Below are positions 16,558 to 25,482 of a stretch of DNA of 44,661 bases, piece by piece. The translations under genes and the position numbers were made by a program. Below the pieces are notes generated by a model that was not told the DNA's origin, did no database searches, and saw only the letters and a list, made by a program, of their open reading frames with translations. The first letter of the stretch is position 1. Each line of letters starts with the position of its first letter. The DNA comes from a virus (taxonomy: Duplodnaviria > Heunggongvirae > Uroviricota > Caudoviricetes): IMG/VR virus record IMGVR_UViG_2654587540_000005. One strand, written 5' to 3'.

Positions 16558-17081
16558 CTATCAAATCAAATACGCCAGCACACGACAAGGACTGCTGGCA
16601 AACGCCGCTTTGGCTTTTTGATGCACTGGATATTGAGTTTGGATTCTGGCTGGATTCGGCAGCGAGCGACAAAAATGCTCTGTGTGCTCACTGGCTAACT
16701 GAGGCCGACGACGCGCTCAATTCTGAGTGGGTAAGCCACGGTGCAATCTGGAATAACCCACCGTACAGCAATATCAGGCCGTGGGTGGAAAAAGCCGCTG
16801 AGCAGTGCATACAACAGCGACAGACGGTAGTGATGCTTGTGCCAGAGGATATGTCAGTCGGATGGTTCAGCAAGGCTCTGGAGAGTGTCGACGAAGTTCG
16901 CATTATCACTGATGGACGGATTAATTTTATCGAACCATCGACGGGGCTGGAGAAGAAGGGAAACAGCAAAGGCTCCATGCTGCTGATTTGGCGACCGTTC
17001 ATCAGTCCTCGACGGATGTTTACTACTGTATCCAAAGCGGCATTGATGGCGATCGGGCAGGGCGTCAGGAGGTACGAATGA
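16554..17081 (+). CDS. DNA N6-adenine methyltransferase (phage Dam-like)
   Basis: ATG at 16554 overlaps the ninB stop. Catalytic NPPY motif (IWNNPPYS) in a Dam-family context. Confidence 0.8.
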   Translation: MTIKSNTPAHDKDCWQTPLWLFDALDIEFGFWLDSAASDKNALCAHWLTEADDALNSEWVSHGAIWNNPPYSNIRPWVEKAAEQCIQQRQTVVMLVPEDMSVGWFSKALESVDEVRIITDGRINFIEPSTGLEKKGNSKGSMLLIWRPFISPRRMFTTVSKAALMAIGQGVRRYE

Positions 17082-17260
17082 GACGACAGCGACGAAGTAT
17101 CACCGACATCATCTGCGAAAACTGCAAATACCTTCCAACGAAACGCTCCAGAAATAAACGCAAGCCAATCCCAAAAGAATCTGACGTAAAAACCTTCAAT
17201 TACACGGCTCACCTGTGGGATATCCGGTGGCTTAGAGAACGTGCGAGGAAAACAAGGTGA
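17078..17260 (+). CDS. ninE: NinE-like protein
   Basis: ATG at 17078 overlaps the Dam stop ([29 protein letters not shown]...). Assigned by lambda nin-region gene order. Confidence 0.6.
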   Translation: MRRQRRSITDIICENCKYLPTKRSRNKRKPIPKESDVKTFNYTAHLWDIRWLRERARKTR

Positions 17261-17427
17261 TTGACCAAAATCGAAGTTACGAACAAGGAAGTGTCGAGCG
17301 GGCTTTAACGTGCGCTAACTGCGGTCAGAAGCTGCATGTGCTGGAAGTTCACGTGTGTGAGCACTGCTGCGCAGAACTGATGAGCGATCCGAATAGATCA
17401 ATGTACGAGGAAGAAGACGATGAATGA
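17257..17427 (+). CDS. ninF: NinF-like small cysteine-rich protein
   Basis: 56-codon ORF from a GTG at 17257 ([10 protein letters not shown]...[20 protein letters not shown]...), overlapping the next gene's start. Confidence 0.5.
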   Translation: MIDQNRSYEQGSVERALTCANCGQKLHVLEVHVCEHCCAELMSDPNRSMYEEEDDE

Positions 17428-18142
17428 GTTAATAAATGGCAATGCCATCAAAATGACAAGCATTGAAATCGCTGAGTTGGTTGGTAAGCGTCATGACAAT
17501 GTGAAACGTACCATCGAAACGCTGGCTAAAAATGGTGTTATCCGGCTTCCTCAAATTGAGGATCGTGGAAGAATCAATGGGTTAGGCTTAAATCAAAGTT
17601 TTTGTGTGTATGTATTCGAAGGCGAACAAGGAAAGCGAGACAGTATTGTCGTTGTAGCCCAGTTGTCGCCGGAATTCACCGCTCGTCTTGTTGACCGTTG
17701 GCGAGAGCTTGAAGAAACTGCGGTTAATATCCCCAAAACGCTACCAGAAGCGTTGCGCCTTGCTGCTGATCTTGCTGAGCAGAAAATGCAACTGGAAAAC
17801 CAGCTCGCAATTGCCGCACCTAAAGTTGAGTTTGCCGATCGAGTTGGCGAGGCCAGCGGAATTTTGATTGGAAACTTTGCAAAGGTTGTCGGTATTGGTC
17901 CAAACAAACTGTTTGCGTGGATGCGTGATCACAAAATCCTTATTGCTTCAGGTTCCCGGCGAAATGTGCCAATGCAGGAATATATGGATCGCGGCTATTT
18001 CACCGTAAAAGAAACAGCGGTCAACACAAATCACGGAATACAGATATCGTTCACTACAAAAATCACCGGACGTGGCCAACAGTGGCTGACCAGAAAGCTG
18101 CTCGATAACGGAATGCTGAAAGTAACCGGGGAGGCTGCTTAA
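17420..18142 (+). CDS. Rha-family regulatory protein with antirepressor-like C-terminal domain
   Basis: N-terminal Rha-like region (MTSIEIAELVGKRHDNVKRTIETL) and C-terminal KilA-C/Ant-like region. Embedded in the nin region. Confidence 0.7.
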   Translation: MNELINGNAIKMTSIEIAELVGKRHDNVKRTIETLAKNGVIRLPQIEDRGRINGLGLNQSFCVYVFEGEQGKRDSIVVVAQLSPEFTARLVDRWRELEETAVNIPKTLPEALRLAADLAEQKMQLENQLAIAAPKVEFADRVGEASGILIGNFAKVVGIGPNKLFAWMRDHKILIASGSRRNVPMQEYMDRGYFTVKETAVNTNHGIQISFTTKITGRGQQWLTRKLLDNGMLKVTGEAA

Positions 18143-18432
18143 TGGCTAACCTACGCAAAGAAGCACGCGGCAGAGAATGCCAGGTACGTATTTACGGCGT
18201 ATGCAATGGCAACCCTGAAACTACAGTTCTGGCACATTACCGGATGGCTGGAATTTGCGGAACGGGAATGAAGCCTGACGACCTGATCGGCGCATGGGCT
18301 TGTAGTGACTGCCACGCGGAGATCGACCGACGCACCCATAACCTCGACAACAAAGACGCCAGACTTTACCACCTCGAAGGCGTGATCAGGACGCAGGCGA
18401 TACTGCTGAAGGAGGGGAAGATTAAACCATGA
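18142..18432 (+). CDS. Small cysteine/histidine-rich nin-region protein (DUF1364-like)
   Basis: 96 aa with Cys/His pairs (CQVRIYGVCNG...CSDCHAEIDRR), coupled to its neighbours by overlapping start and stop codons. Confidence 0.5.
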   Translation: MANLRKEARGRECQVRIYGVCNGNPETTVLAHYRMAGICGTGMKPDDLIGAWACSDCHAEIDRRTHNLDNKDARLYHLEGVIRTQAILLKEGKIKP

Positions 18433-18791
18433 ACGAATATCAGTTTGTGCTTCCATACCCGCCGTCGCTGAACACCTACTGGCGAAGACGGGGAAGCCAA
18501 TACTACATCAGCGATAAAGGCCAGAAATACCGAAAAGACGTTCAGCAAATCATCCGCCAACTTAAGTTAGACATTTTCACCAAATCACGACTCCGCATCA
18601 AAGTCATCGCAGACGTTCCAGACTCCCGCCGCCGCGACCTCGACAACATCCTGAAAGGTTTACTCGATTCCCTTATCCACGCCGGATTTGCGGAAGACGA
18701 CGAGCAATTCGATGACATTCGCGTAATTCGTGGTGTGAAAGTACCAGGCGGACGGCTTGGAATAAAAATCACCGAACTGGAGAACGCATGA
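18429..18791 (+). CDS. rusA: RusA Holliday-junction resolvase
   Basis: 120 aa; N-terminus LPYPPSLNTYWRR and acidic catalytic region (DLDNILKGLLDSL) typical of RusA. Confidence 0.85.
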   Translation: MNEYQFVLPYPPSLNTYWRRRGSQYYISDKGQKYRKDVQQIIRQLKLDIFTKSRLRIKVIADVPDSRRRDLDNILKGLLDSLIHAGFAEDDEQFDDIRVIRGVKVPGGRLGIKITELENA

Positions 18792-18976
18792 ACGCCACAA
18801 TTCAAACGATACCAGAGCTTCTTATCCAGACACGAGGCAATCAGACCGAAGTGGCGAGGATGCTTTCCTGTGCAAGAGGAACAGTGCTCAAGTACAACCG
18901 AGACAGCAAAGGTGAGCGTCACGTAATAGTTAACGGCGTCCTGATGGTCAAACAGGGCAAGAGGGGAAGACGATGA
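18788..18976 (+). CDS. ninH: NinH-like protein
   Basis: 62 aa similar to lambda NinH (…YGNQTEVAR.L.C.RGTV.KY…HAIVN.VLMV…). Confidence 0.7.
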   Translation: MNATIQTIPELLIQTRGNQTEVARMLSCARGTVLKYNRDSKGERHVIVNGVLMVKQGKRGRR

Positions 18977-19491
18977 GCATAAGAGAACTAAACCTCACCA
19001 AAGAGCAGCACGAGTGGCTGAATGGCTGGCTTGAACTGTGGGGCGCATGGGTTTATTCAGGTCGTCTGGAAAAGCGCATGAGCAGCGTAATAGCGAAGTT
19101 CATGGAGAGCGTAGAGCCGGGAAGAATTATGACAAGGCCAATGTGTAATGATGATGATGGAATGTTGATTTCTCAGGTCGTCGATTCCGTCATGTACATT
19201 GACAAGAAAGCCTTTGGCATCCTCCTCAGCTACTACGCTCATGGTTCATCTAAGCGAGCAATTGCATCCTACTATCACGCGACTGCAAAGCCACGCAAGA
19301 TGTGTGGACGTGGTGGCGAGGGATGGAGAAAACCTTCACTGGCAACCTGTAGAAACGAAATTGACGACATCCTGAAAGCGTCGTTATTTGTTTTGTACCA
19401 GCCAATGCAAAATGCTTTCAAAATGCGTAAACGTGTTGAGAAAGTTAAGCATGTTGCTGTTAAAAGCCTTGACATGCAATTATCCATTTAG
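18973..19491 (+). CDS. Q: Late-gene antiterminator Q
   Basis: 172 aa in the Q position, immediately upstream of a strong promoter and terminator pair; basic, cysteine-containing protein. Family assignment rests on gene order. Confidence 0.65.
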   Translation: MSIRELNLTKEQHEWLNGWLELWGAWVYSGRLEKRMSSVIAKFMESVEPGRIMTRPMCNDDDGMLISQVVDSVMYIDKKAFGILLSYYAHGSSKRAIASYYHATAKPRKMCGRGGEGWRKPSLATCRNEIDDILKASLFVLYQPMQNAFKMRKRVEKVKHVAVKSLDMQLSI

Positions 19492-19500
19492 CCATAATAT
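19469..19500 (+). promoter_or_regulatory. Late promoter pR'
   Basis: TTGACA (19469..19474), about 18-bp spacer, then CATAAT (19493..19498), overlapping the 3' end of Q. Confidence 0.5.
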
Positions 19501-19538
19501 TCACATATGCTGCTGCTTTTGCATTCAGCAACCATCAC

Positions 19539-19565
19539 AAGCCCACCTCCTGTGGGCTTTTTTGC
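19539..19565 (+). terminator. tR' rho-independent terminator
   Basis: Hairpin AAGCCCAC-CTCC-TGTGGGCTT followed by TTTTT, about 45 nt downstream of pR'. Confidence 0.6.
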
Positions 19566-19685
19566 ATTCGCGTGCAATCAAAACAAGAGTCTTAGTGATA
19601 TGGGCCTGAGATATGGTGGTGGAAACATCGCTCCGCTCTTGGCTGTCATATCTACGCGAACAGGCTCTATCCCTAAGGTAAAGCG

Positions 19686-20198
19686 ATGAAAGAAATAAAA
19701 TTAACGCCAGAAATGGTGCTTTCTGTTGTTGATTACAATCCATCATCAGGCGACTTTCACTGGAGATGGAGGCGGGGAAGAGAGAGGACCACTTTGACAT
19801 GGAACTCTCGTTTTGCTTTCAAGAAATGCTCATCAATAAATTCTGATGGGTATTTAATGATTATGATTAATGGTAAAGCATACCCTGCTCACAGACTGGC
19901 ATGGTTGATTGTTTATGGCACCATGCCCGATGGTTTTATTGATCACATCAACAGGGTAAGAACAGATAACCGGATATCAAATCTTCGTCTTGTCACTCAT
20001 TCCGAAAATATGCAGAACAGGAAAATTCAGAAGAATAATAAATCTGGATACCGTGGCGTGTCTTGGGATGCTAAGTACGGGAAATGGAGAGCAAGAATTA
20101 ATGCGTCTGGAAAGTGTATTAACCTTGGATACCATGATACTGCCGAACTTGCCGCTGCGGCTTTTGAGGCCGCCAGAATGAAATATCATACCGTTTAA
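19686..20198 (+). CDS. HNH endonuclease with AP2-type domain (second copy)
   Basis: HNH motif HINRVRTDNRISNLRL and AP2-like segment SGYRGVSWDAKYGKWRARI. Paralogous to the 9297..9809 gene; AT-rich. Confidence 0.8.
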   Translation: MKEIKLTPEMVLSVVDYNPSSGDFHWRWRRGRERTTLTWNSRFAFKKCSSINSDGYLMIMINGKAYPAHRLAWLIVYGTMPDGFIDHINRVRTDNRISNLRLVTHSENMQNRKIQKNNKSGYRGVSWDAKYGKWRARINASGKCINLGYHDTAELAAAAFEAARMKYHTV

Positions 20199-20653
20199 AG
20201 ATGTAAGCTGCCGTTAGTGACTCTTAAGTTGCAACGGTGGCTTTTTTTATTTGCACAACAGGTAAGAGCATTGAGTCGATAATCGTGAAGAGTCGGCGCG
20301 CCTGGTTAGCCAGTGCTCTTTCCGTTGTGCTGAATTAAGCGAATACCGGAAGCAGAACCGAATCACCAAATGCGTACAGGCGTCATCGCCGCCCAGCAAT
20401 AGCACAACCCCAACTGAGCCGTAGCCTCTGGCTATCCTGAATTCATCAGTGATAGTTACGCTGCGGCATTCTACGCATGACCTTCGTGAAAGCGGGGGGG
20501 CAAGAGGCTGCGCTAACAACCTCCTGCCGTTTTGCCCGTGCATATCGGTCACGAACAAATCTGATTACTAAACACAGTAGCCTGGATTTGTTCTATCAGT
20601 AACCGACCTTATTCCTAATTAAATAGAGCAAATCCCCTTATTGGGGGTAAGAC

Positions 20654-20977
20654 ATGAAGATGCCAGAAAAACATGACCTGTTAGCCGCCATTCTCGCGGC
20701 AAAGGAACAAGGCATCGGGGCAATCCTTGCGTTTGCAATGGCGTACCTTCGCGGCAGATATAATGGCGGTGCGTTTACAAAAACAGTAATCGACGCAACG
20801 ATGTGCGCCATTATCGCCTGGTTCATTCGTGACCTTCTCGACTTCGCCGGACTAAGTAGCAATCTCGCTTATATAACGAGCGTGTTCATCGGCTACATCG
20901 GTACTGACTCGATTGGTTCGCTTATCAAACGCTTCGCTGCTAAAAAAGCCGGAGTAGAAGATGGTGGAAATCAATAA
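20654..20977 (+). CDS. S: Class I holin S (dual-start S107/S105)
   Basis: [39 protein letters not shown]... is essentially lambda S, with the Met1-Lys2-Met3 dual-start motif. Confidence 0.9.
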   Translation: MKMPEKHDLLAAILAAKEQGIGAILAFAMAYLRGRYNGGAFTKTVIDATMCAIIAWFIRDLLDFAGLSSNLAYITSVFIGYIGTDSIGSLIKRFAAKKAGVEDGGNQ

Positions 20978-21437
20978 TCAACGTAAGGCGTTCCTCGATA
21001 TGCTGGCGTGGTCAGAGGGAACTGATAACGGACGTCAGAAAACCAGAAATCATGGTTATGACGTCATTGTTGGCGGAGAGCTATTCACTGATTACTCCGA
21101 TCACCCTCGCAAACTTGTCACGCTAAACCACAAACTCAAATCAACAGCAGCCGGACGTTACCAGCTTCTTTCCCGTTGGTGGGATGCCTATCGTAAGCAG
21201 CTTGGCCTGAAAGACTTCTCTCCCAAAAGCCAGGACGCTGTGGCACTGCAACAGATTAAAGAGCGTGGCGCTTTACCGATGATTGATAGCGGTGATATCC
21301 GTCAGGCAATCGACCGTTGCAGCAATATCTGGGCTTCACTGCCGGGGGCTGGTTACGGTCAGTTCGAGCATAAGGTTGACAGCCTGATTGCAAAATTCAA
21401 AGAAGCTGGCGGAACGGTCAGAGAGATTGAGGTATGA
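20961..21437 (+). CDS. R: Endolysin (lambda R-type lytic transglycosylase)
   Basis: [49 protein letters not shown]... is near-identical to lambda R. Confidence 0.9.
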   Translation: MVEINNQRKAFLDMLAWSEGTDNGRQKTRNHGYDVIVGGELFTDYSDHPRKLVTLNHKLKSTAAGRYQLLSRWWDAYRKQLGLKDFSPKSQDAVALQQIKERGALPMIDSGDIRQAIDRCSNIWASLPGAGYGQFEHKVDSLIAKFKEAGGTVREIEV

Positions 21438-21871
21438 GCAGAGTCACCGCGATTATCTCCGCTCTGATTATCTGCATCATCGTCTGCCTGTCATGGGCTG
21501 TTAATCATTACCGTGATAACGCCATCGCCTACAAAGAGCAGCGCGATAAGGCCACATCCACAATCGCTGACATGCAGAAGCGTCAACGTGATGTAGCAGA
21601 ACTTGACGCCAGATACACAAAGGAGCTTGCTGATGCTAACGCGACTATCGAAAGCCTCCGTGCTGATGTTTCTGCTGGTCGTAAGCGCCTGCAAGTCGCC
21701 GCCACCTGTGCAAAGCCAACGACCGGAGCCAGCAGCATGGGCGATGGAGAAAGCCCAAGACTTACAGCAGATGCTGAACTCAATTATTACCGTCTCAGAA
21801 GTGGAATCGACAGGATAACCTCGCAGGTTAACTACCTGCAGGAGTACATCAGGACGCAATGCCTTCGATGA
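21434..21871 (+). CDS. Rz: Rz i-spanin
   Basis: N-terminal TM segment ([18 protein letters not shown]) followed by a coiled coil; lambda Rz-like. Confidence 0.85.
   Translation: MSRVTAIISALIICIIVCLSWAVNHYRDNAIAYKEQRDKATSTIADMQKRQRDVAELDARYTKELADANATIESLRADVSAGRKRLQVAATCAKPTTGASSMGDGESPRLTADAELNYYRLRSGIDRITSQVNYLQEYIRTQCLR
21633..21818 (+). CDS. Rz1: Rz1 o-spanin lipoprotein, embedded in Rz in the +1 frame
   Basis: ATG at 21633 with an AAGGAG RBS; signal peptide with lipobox (LLVVSAC) and a proline-rich mature region. Confidence 0.65.
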   Translation: MLTRLSKASVLMFLLVVSACKSPPPVQSQRPEPAAWAMEKAQDLQQMLNSIITVSEVESTG

Positions 21872-22044
21872 TAGCGATAATTTTACTCATCATCCTTCAC
21901 ATCTGGCTTTGTAGACAGGGTGGTGATCACTTCTGGAGTGAATCCAGATTAAACATCTCATTGCTGATGCTTGATATTGAGCATCTGGCGCGCGGTAAGG
22001 GGCTGCGTTGAGATAAGAGCCAGTCATTACAAATACCAGGATTT

Positions 22045-22069
22045 AGCCTCGCATTTGCGGGGCTTTTTT
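22045..22069 (+). terminator. Rho-independent terminator downstream of the lysis cassette
   Basis: 8-bp stem (AGCCTCGC/GCGGGGCT) followed by TTTTT. Confidence 0.5.
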
Positions 22070-22286
22070 ACATCTGCAGTAAACCGCGCATCGCAGCGCG
22101 TAACAATCCCGAGTCTTTCAGAAAGCTGAGCCTGAGAATTGCCGTATATGGTGGCGACCATCTCGGGGACGGCTTTTCTGTGCGAACAGGCTCATCTTTC
22201 TAAAAGGTAAACGCTATGAACAACTTTGTTGAAATTACCTCAAGAAAGACATCTTAATCAAGCAACCACTCCACAGGGTCATAATT

Positions 22287-22667
22287 ATGAACGACCAGCA
22301 AATCGAAAAAGAAATCGTTGAGAAAGGCAAAACGGCACCGCGAATCACCCCGCAGCACATCGAAGACGTGATTAAAAGCGAGCATTACTTTACTGCTTAT
22401 GATGGACGTAATGGTGCCATTTCCAGCAACGAATATTGTGGCAGAGAAAAACCAGAAGAAGGCGATCGTGATTTATCGCCATTGAAGTTGCTCACTTTCT
22501 GCGTACTGGTGCTGAAGAATGGCTTCACCGTCACCGGAGAGAGTGCCTGTGCAAGTCCGGAAAATTTTGATGCAGAAATTGGTCGGAAGATTGCCCGGCA
22601 GAATGCTGTAAACAAAATCTGGATGCTCGAAGGTTACTTGCTGAAGCAGAAGCTAAGCGAACAGTAG
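22287..22667 (+). CDS. Hypothetical phage protein
   Basis: 126 aa ORF with ATG start between the lysis and packaging genes. Confidence 0.5.
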   Translation: MNDQQIEKEIVEKGKTAPRITPQHIEDVIKSEHYFTAYDGRNGAISSNEYCGREKPEEGDRDLSPLKLLTFCVLVLKNGFTVTGESACASPENFDAEIGRKIARQNAVNKIWMLEGYLLKQKLSEQ

Positions 22668-22770
22668 TTATTACAAAAGCCATTCCCTACAGAGTGGCTT
22701 TGATAATGGCTTATACCCTACACGGGATAACTTAACTGATATCCCTTTTAACGGATAAACGGAGCCAACA

Positions 22771-23013
22771 ATGGCAGAGATTATTCCCATGACTGAAGAA
22801 CAGAAATTCCAGTTAGAGATTTACAAACTGGTCATGAACCAGAACGCAGCCGCAGAAGAAGCATTTCAGTTCATTGGCACTGACGAGCTGAAGCTTGAGC
22901 TATTCAAAATTCACTTCCAGTCAGGCGGCGCTAATTCAGATATCACGACCCGCACTATCGAAGCGGTACGTAAATCGAAGGAAGCGTTAGACCTGTTCAC
23001 TACCGGAGTGTAA
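22771..23013 (+). CDS. Hypothetical phage protein
   Basis: 80 aa ORF. Confidence 0.45.
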   Translation: MAEIIPMTEEQKFQLEIYKLVMNQNAAAEEAFQFIGTDELKLELFKIHFQSGGANSDITTRTIEAVRKSKEALDLFTTGV

Positions 23014-23016
23014 GAG

Positions 23017-23304
23017 ATGACTGAACAAGAAATGCCGAGATACCAGTGCCACAAAAAAGTTCGCGCCCTGAAGATTGGCTCTATAGAACATAAGCCAAAC
23101 CCAGATCAGTCTGGTAAGACTGGCTCTTCTAGTTATGGGGCAATTATTCATCCGGATGATAAGAAATACGCAGCATTTGATGTTAGCGCGGAATATATCT
23201 GTAAGCACCGACCAATGTCTGGAGGCTATTACGTTGTCTATGAGGATGGATATGAATCATATTCTCCTGCTGAGGTATTTGAGTCTGGATATTCAAAATT
23301 ATAG
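23017..23304 (+). CDS. Hypothetical phage protein
   Basis: 95 aa ORF. Confidence 0.45.
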   Translation: MTEQEMPRYQCHKKVRALKIGSIEHKPNPDQSGKTGSSSYGAIIHPDDKKYAAFDVSAEYICKHRPMSGGYYVVYEDGYESYSPAEVFESGYSKL

Positions 23305-23313
23305 GAATCCTCT

Positions 23314-23493
23314 ATGACAAGCGTCGTTGATCTTGGTAAGGAGAAGAAATTCCCAATTACTCAAGAGCTATACGAGCGGCTTGAAAGCGTCATCCATGAT
23401 TACGATGGTGAAATCAGTTTATGCGAGGCGATTGGCACACTCGAATTGCTGAAGCAGTCACTGATTGAAGGCGCGAAAGAGTCCTCAGCCTGA
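23314..23493 (+). CDS. Small hypothetical protein
   Basis: 59-codon ATG ORF (MTSVVDLGKEKKFPITQELYERLESVIHDYDGE...), below the ORF-track cutoff. Confidence 0.35.
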   Translation: MTSVVDLGKEKKFPITQELYERLESVIHDYDGEISLCEAIGTLELLKQSLIEGAKESSA

Positions 23494-23516
23494 AATGACA
23501 ACTAAGTGAGATGAAT

Positions 23517-24005
23517 ATGGCAGCACCAAAGGGCAACCGATTTTGGGAGGCCCGCAGTAGTCATGGGCGAAATCCTAAATTCGAATCGCCTGAGGCGCTG
23601 TGGGCTGCTTGTTGTGAATACTTCGAGTGGGCTGATGATAACCCGCTATGGGAGGGTAAGGTATTTTCATATCAGGGAGAAATAATTAAGGCTAATGTCC
23701 CTAAGATGCGAGCCATGACTATTTCAGGATTGTGTACCTTCCTTGATATCACCAGGCAAACATGGGGAACCTTCCGGTCAATGGAAGGTTTTTCTGACGT
23801 CACATCACGAGCGGAAGACATCATCTACGACCAGAAATTCTCTGGCGCAGCCGCTGACCTTCTCAACGCTAACATCATCGCCCGTGATTTGGGCCTCAAA
23901 GAGCAGTCGCAAGTTGAAGACGTGACACCTGATAAGGGAGATCGCGATAAGCGACGCTCTCGTATCAAGGAGCTATTCAACCGTGGAACTGGACGCGATT
24001 CTTGA
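23517..24005 (+). CDS. Terminase small subunit (P22 gp3-like)
   Basis: [38 protein letters not shown]... matches the P22 gp3 type. ATG at 23517 has the better RBS spacing than 23511. Confidence 0.8.
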   Translation: MAAPKGNRFWEARSSHGRNPKFESPEALWAACCEYFEWADDNPLWEGKVFSYQGEIIKANVPKMRAMTISGLCTFLDITRQTWGTFRSMEGFSDVTSRAEDIIYDQKFSGAAADLLNANIIARDLGLKEQSQVEDVTPDKGDRDKRRSRIKELFNRGTGRDS

Positions 24006-25482
24006 TAACCTGAGCGACGAAGAGCAAATCGAGTTGCTCGAGCTACTCGAAGAAGAAGAGAACTACCGGAACACACACCTGCTATATGAATTTACGCCAT
24101 ACAGCAAACAGCGTGAGTTCATCGACGCCGGGCATGACTATCCAGAGCGCTGTTTTATGGCTGGTAACCAGCTTGGTAAGTCATTTACTGGGGCTGCTGA
24201 AGTCGCGTTTCACCTTACCGGGCGTTATCCGGGAACAAAAGGCTATCCGGCTGATGGTAAATATGGTGGGGAGTGGAAAGGTAAGCGTTTCTATGAGCCT
24301 GTTGTCTTCTGGATTGGCGGCGAGACAAACGAGACTGTAACCAAAACGACTCAACGCATCCTGTGTGGTCGTATCGAAGAGAATGATGAGCCAGGCTACG
24401 GTTCCATACCTAAAGAAGACATCATTAGCTGGAAGAAGTCTCCTTTCTTTCCGAACCTTGTTGATCATCTTCTGGTTAAGCATCACACGGCTGATGGCGT
24501 TGAAGATGGAATTTCAATCTGCTACTTCAAACCATACTCGCAAGGCCGCGCTCGCTGGCAGGGTGACACAATCCACGGCGTGTGGTTTGACGAAGAGCCA
24601 CCATACAGCATTTATGGCGAAGGTCTTACCCGTACCAACAAATACGGGCAATTCTCAATTCTGACGTTTACCCCGCTGATGGGGATGTCTGACGTTGTTA
24701 CCAAGTTCCTGAAGAATCCCAGCAAGTCGCAGAAAGTGGTCAACATGACCATCTATGACGCTGAGCACTACACCGACGAGCAGAAAGAGCAAATCATCGC
24801 ATCCTATCCTGAGCATGAGAGAGAGGCGCGTGCTCGCGGTATTCCTACGATGGGTAGTGGTCGAATCTTCCAGATACCGGAAGAGACAATTAAGTGTCAG
24901 CCGTTCGAGTGTCCTGATCACTTCTACGTAATTGGCGGGATGGATTTCGGATGGGATCACCCACAGGCGCAGGTTCAGCTTTGGTGGGATAAGGACGCAG
25001 ACACAATCTACGTTTCACGCGTGTGGAAGGCGAAAGAAAAAACAGCCGTTCAGGCATGGGGAGCCGTTAAATCATGGGCGCATAAAGTGCCAACCGCATG
25101 GCCTCATGACGGAAACCAGCATGAGAAGGGCGGCGGTGAGCAGCTCAAAGGGCAGTATGCAGACGCTGGTTTTATGATGTTGCAGGAGCATGCGACATGG
25201 CCTGATGGCGGTAATGCTGTGGAGCCTGGCATCACTGAATTGCGCGACATGATGCTCGATGGTCGCTTCAAAGTATTCAACACCTGTGAGCCATTCTTTG
25301 AGGAGTTCCGCCTCTATCACCGTGATGAAAACGGGAAAATCGTCAAGCTTAACGACGACGTTCTCTCAGCCGTTCGCTATGCATACATGATGCGCCGCTT
25401 CGCAAAAATGATGCGCGACATCAAAAAACCAAAAGAGAAAAAGATACCAGCCCCAATCAGGCCCATCGCACGGAGAACTTAA
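23983..25482 (+). CDS. Terminase large subunit (P22 gp2-like)
   Basis: 499 aa, the same length as P22 gp2, with the same overlap onto terS; ATPase and nuclease halves. Confidence 0.85.
   Translation: MELDAILDNLSDEEQIELLELLEEEENYRNTHLLYEFTPYSKQREFIDAGHDYPERCFMAGNQLGKSFTGAAEVAFHLTGRYPGTKGYPADGKYGGEWKGKRFYEPVVFWIGGETNETVTKTTQRILCGRIEENDEPGYGSIPKEDIISWKKSPFFPNLVDHLLVKHHTADGVEDGISICYFKPYSQGRARWQGDTIHGVWFDEEPPYSIYGEGLTRTNKYGQFSILTFTPLMGMSDVVTKFLKNPSKSQKVVNMTIYDAEHYTDEQKEQIIASYPEHEREARARGIPTMGSGRIFQIPEETIKCQPFECPDHFYVIGGMDFGWDHPQAQVQLWWDKDADTIYVSRVWKAKEKTAVQAWGAVKSWAHKVPTAWPHDGNQHEKGGGEQLKGQYADAGFMMLQEHATWPDGGNAVEPGITELRDMMLDGRFKVFNTCEPFFEEFRLYHRDENGKIVKLNDDVLSAVRYAYMMRRFAKMMRDIKKPKEKKIPAPIRPIARRT

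Noticed and set aside
16688-17212. 174-aa minus-strand ORF
   Set aside because: Antisense to the tightly coupled dam-ninE genes; serine/cysteine-rich low-complexity translation typical of a shadow ORF.
20247-20558. 103-aa minus-strand ORF in the late leader
   Set aside because: Antisense to late transcription, no RBS, arginine/cysteine-rich translation of GC-rich leader DNA.
20199-20653. Possible tRNA or toxin cargo between Q and S
   Set aside because: I looked for a cloverleaf (T-arm GGTTCGA-type motif with a matching acceptor stem) and for a coding frame and found neither. The stretch appears to be lambda-like late leader.
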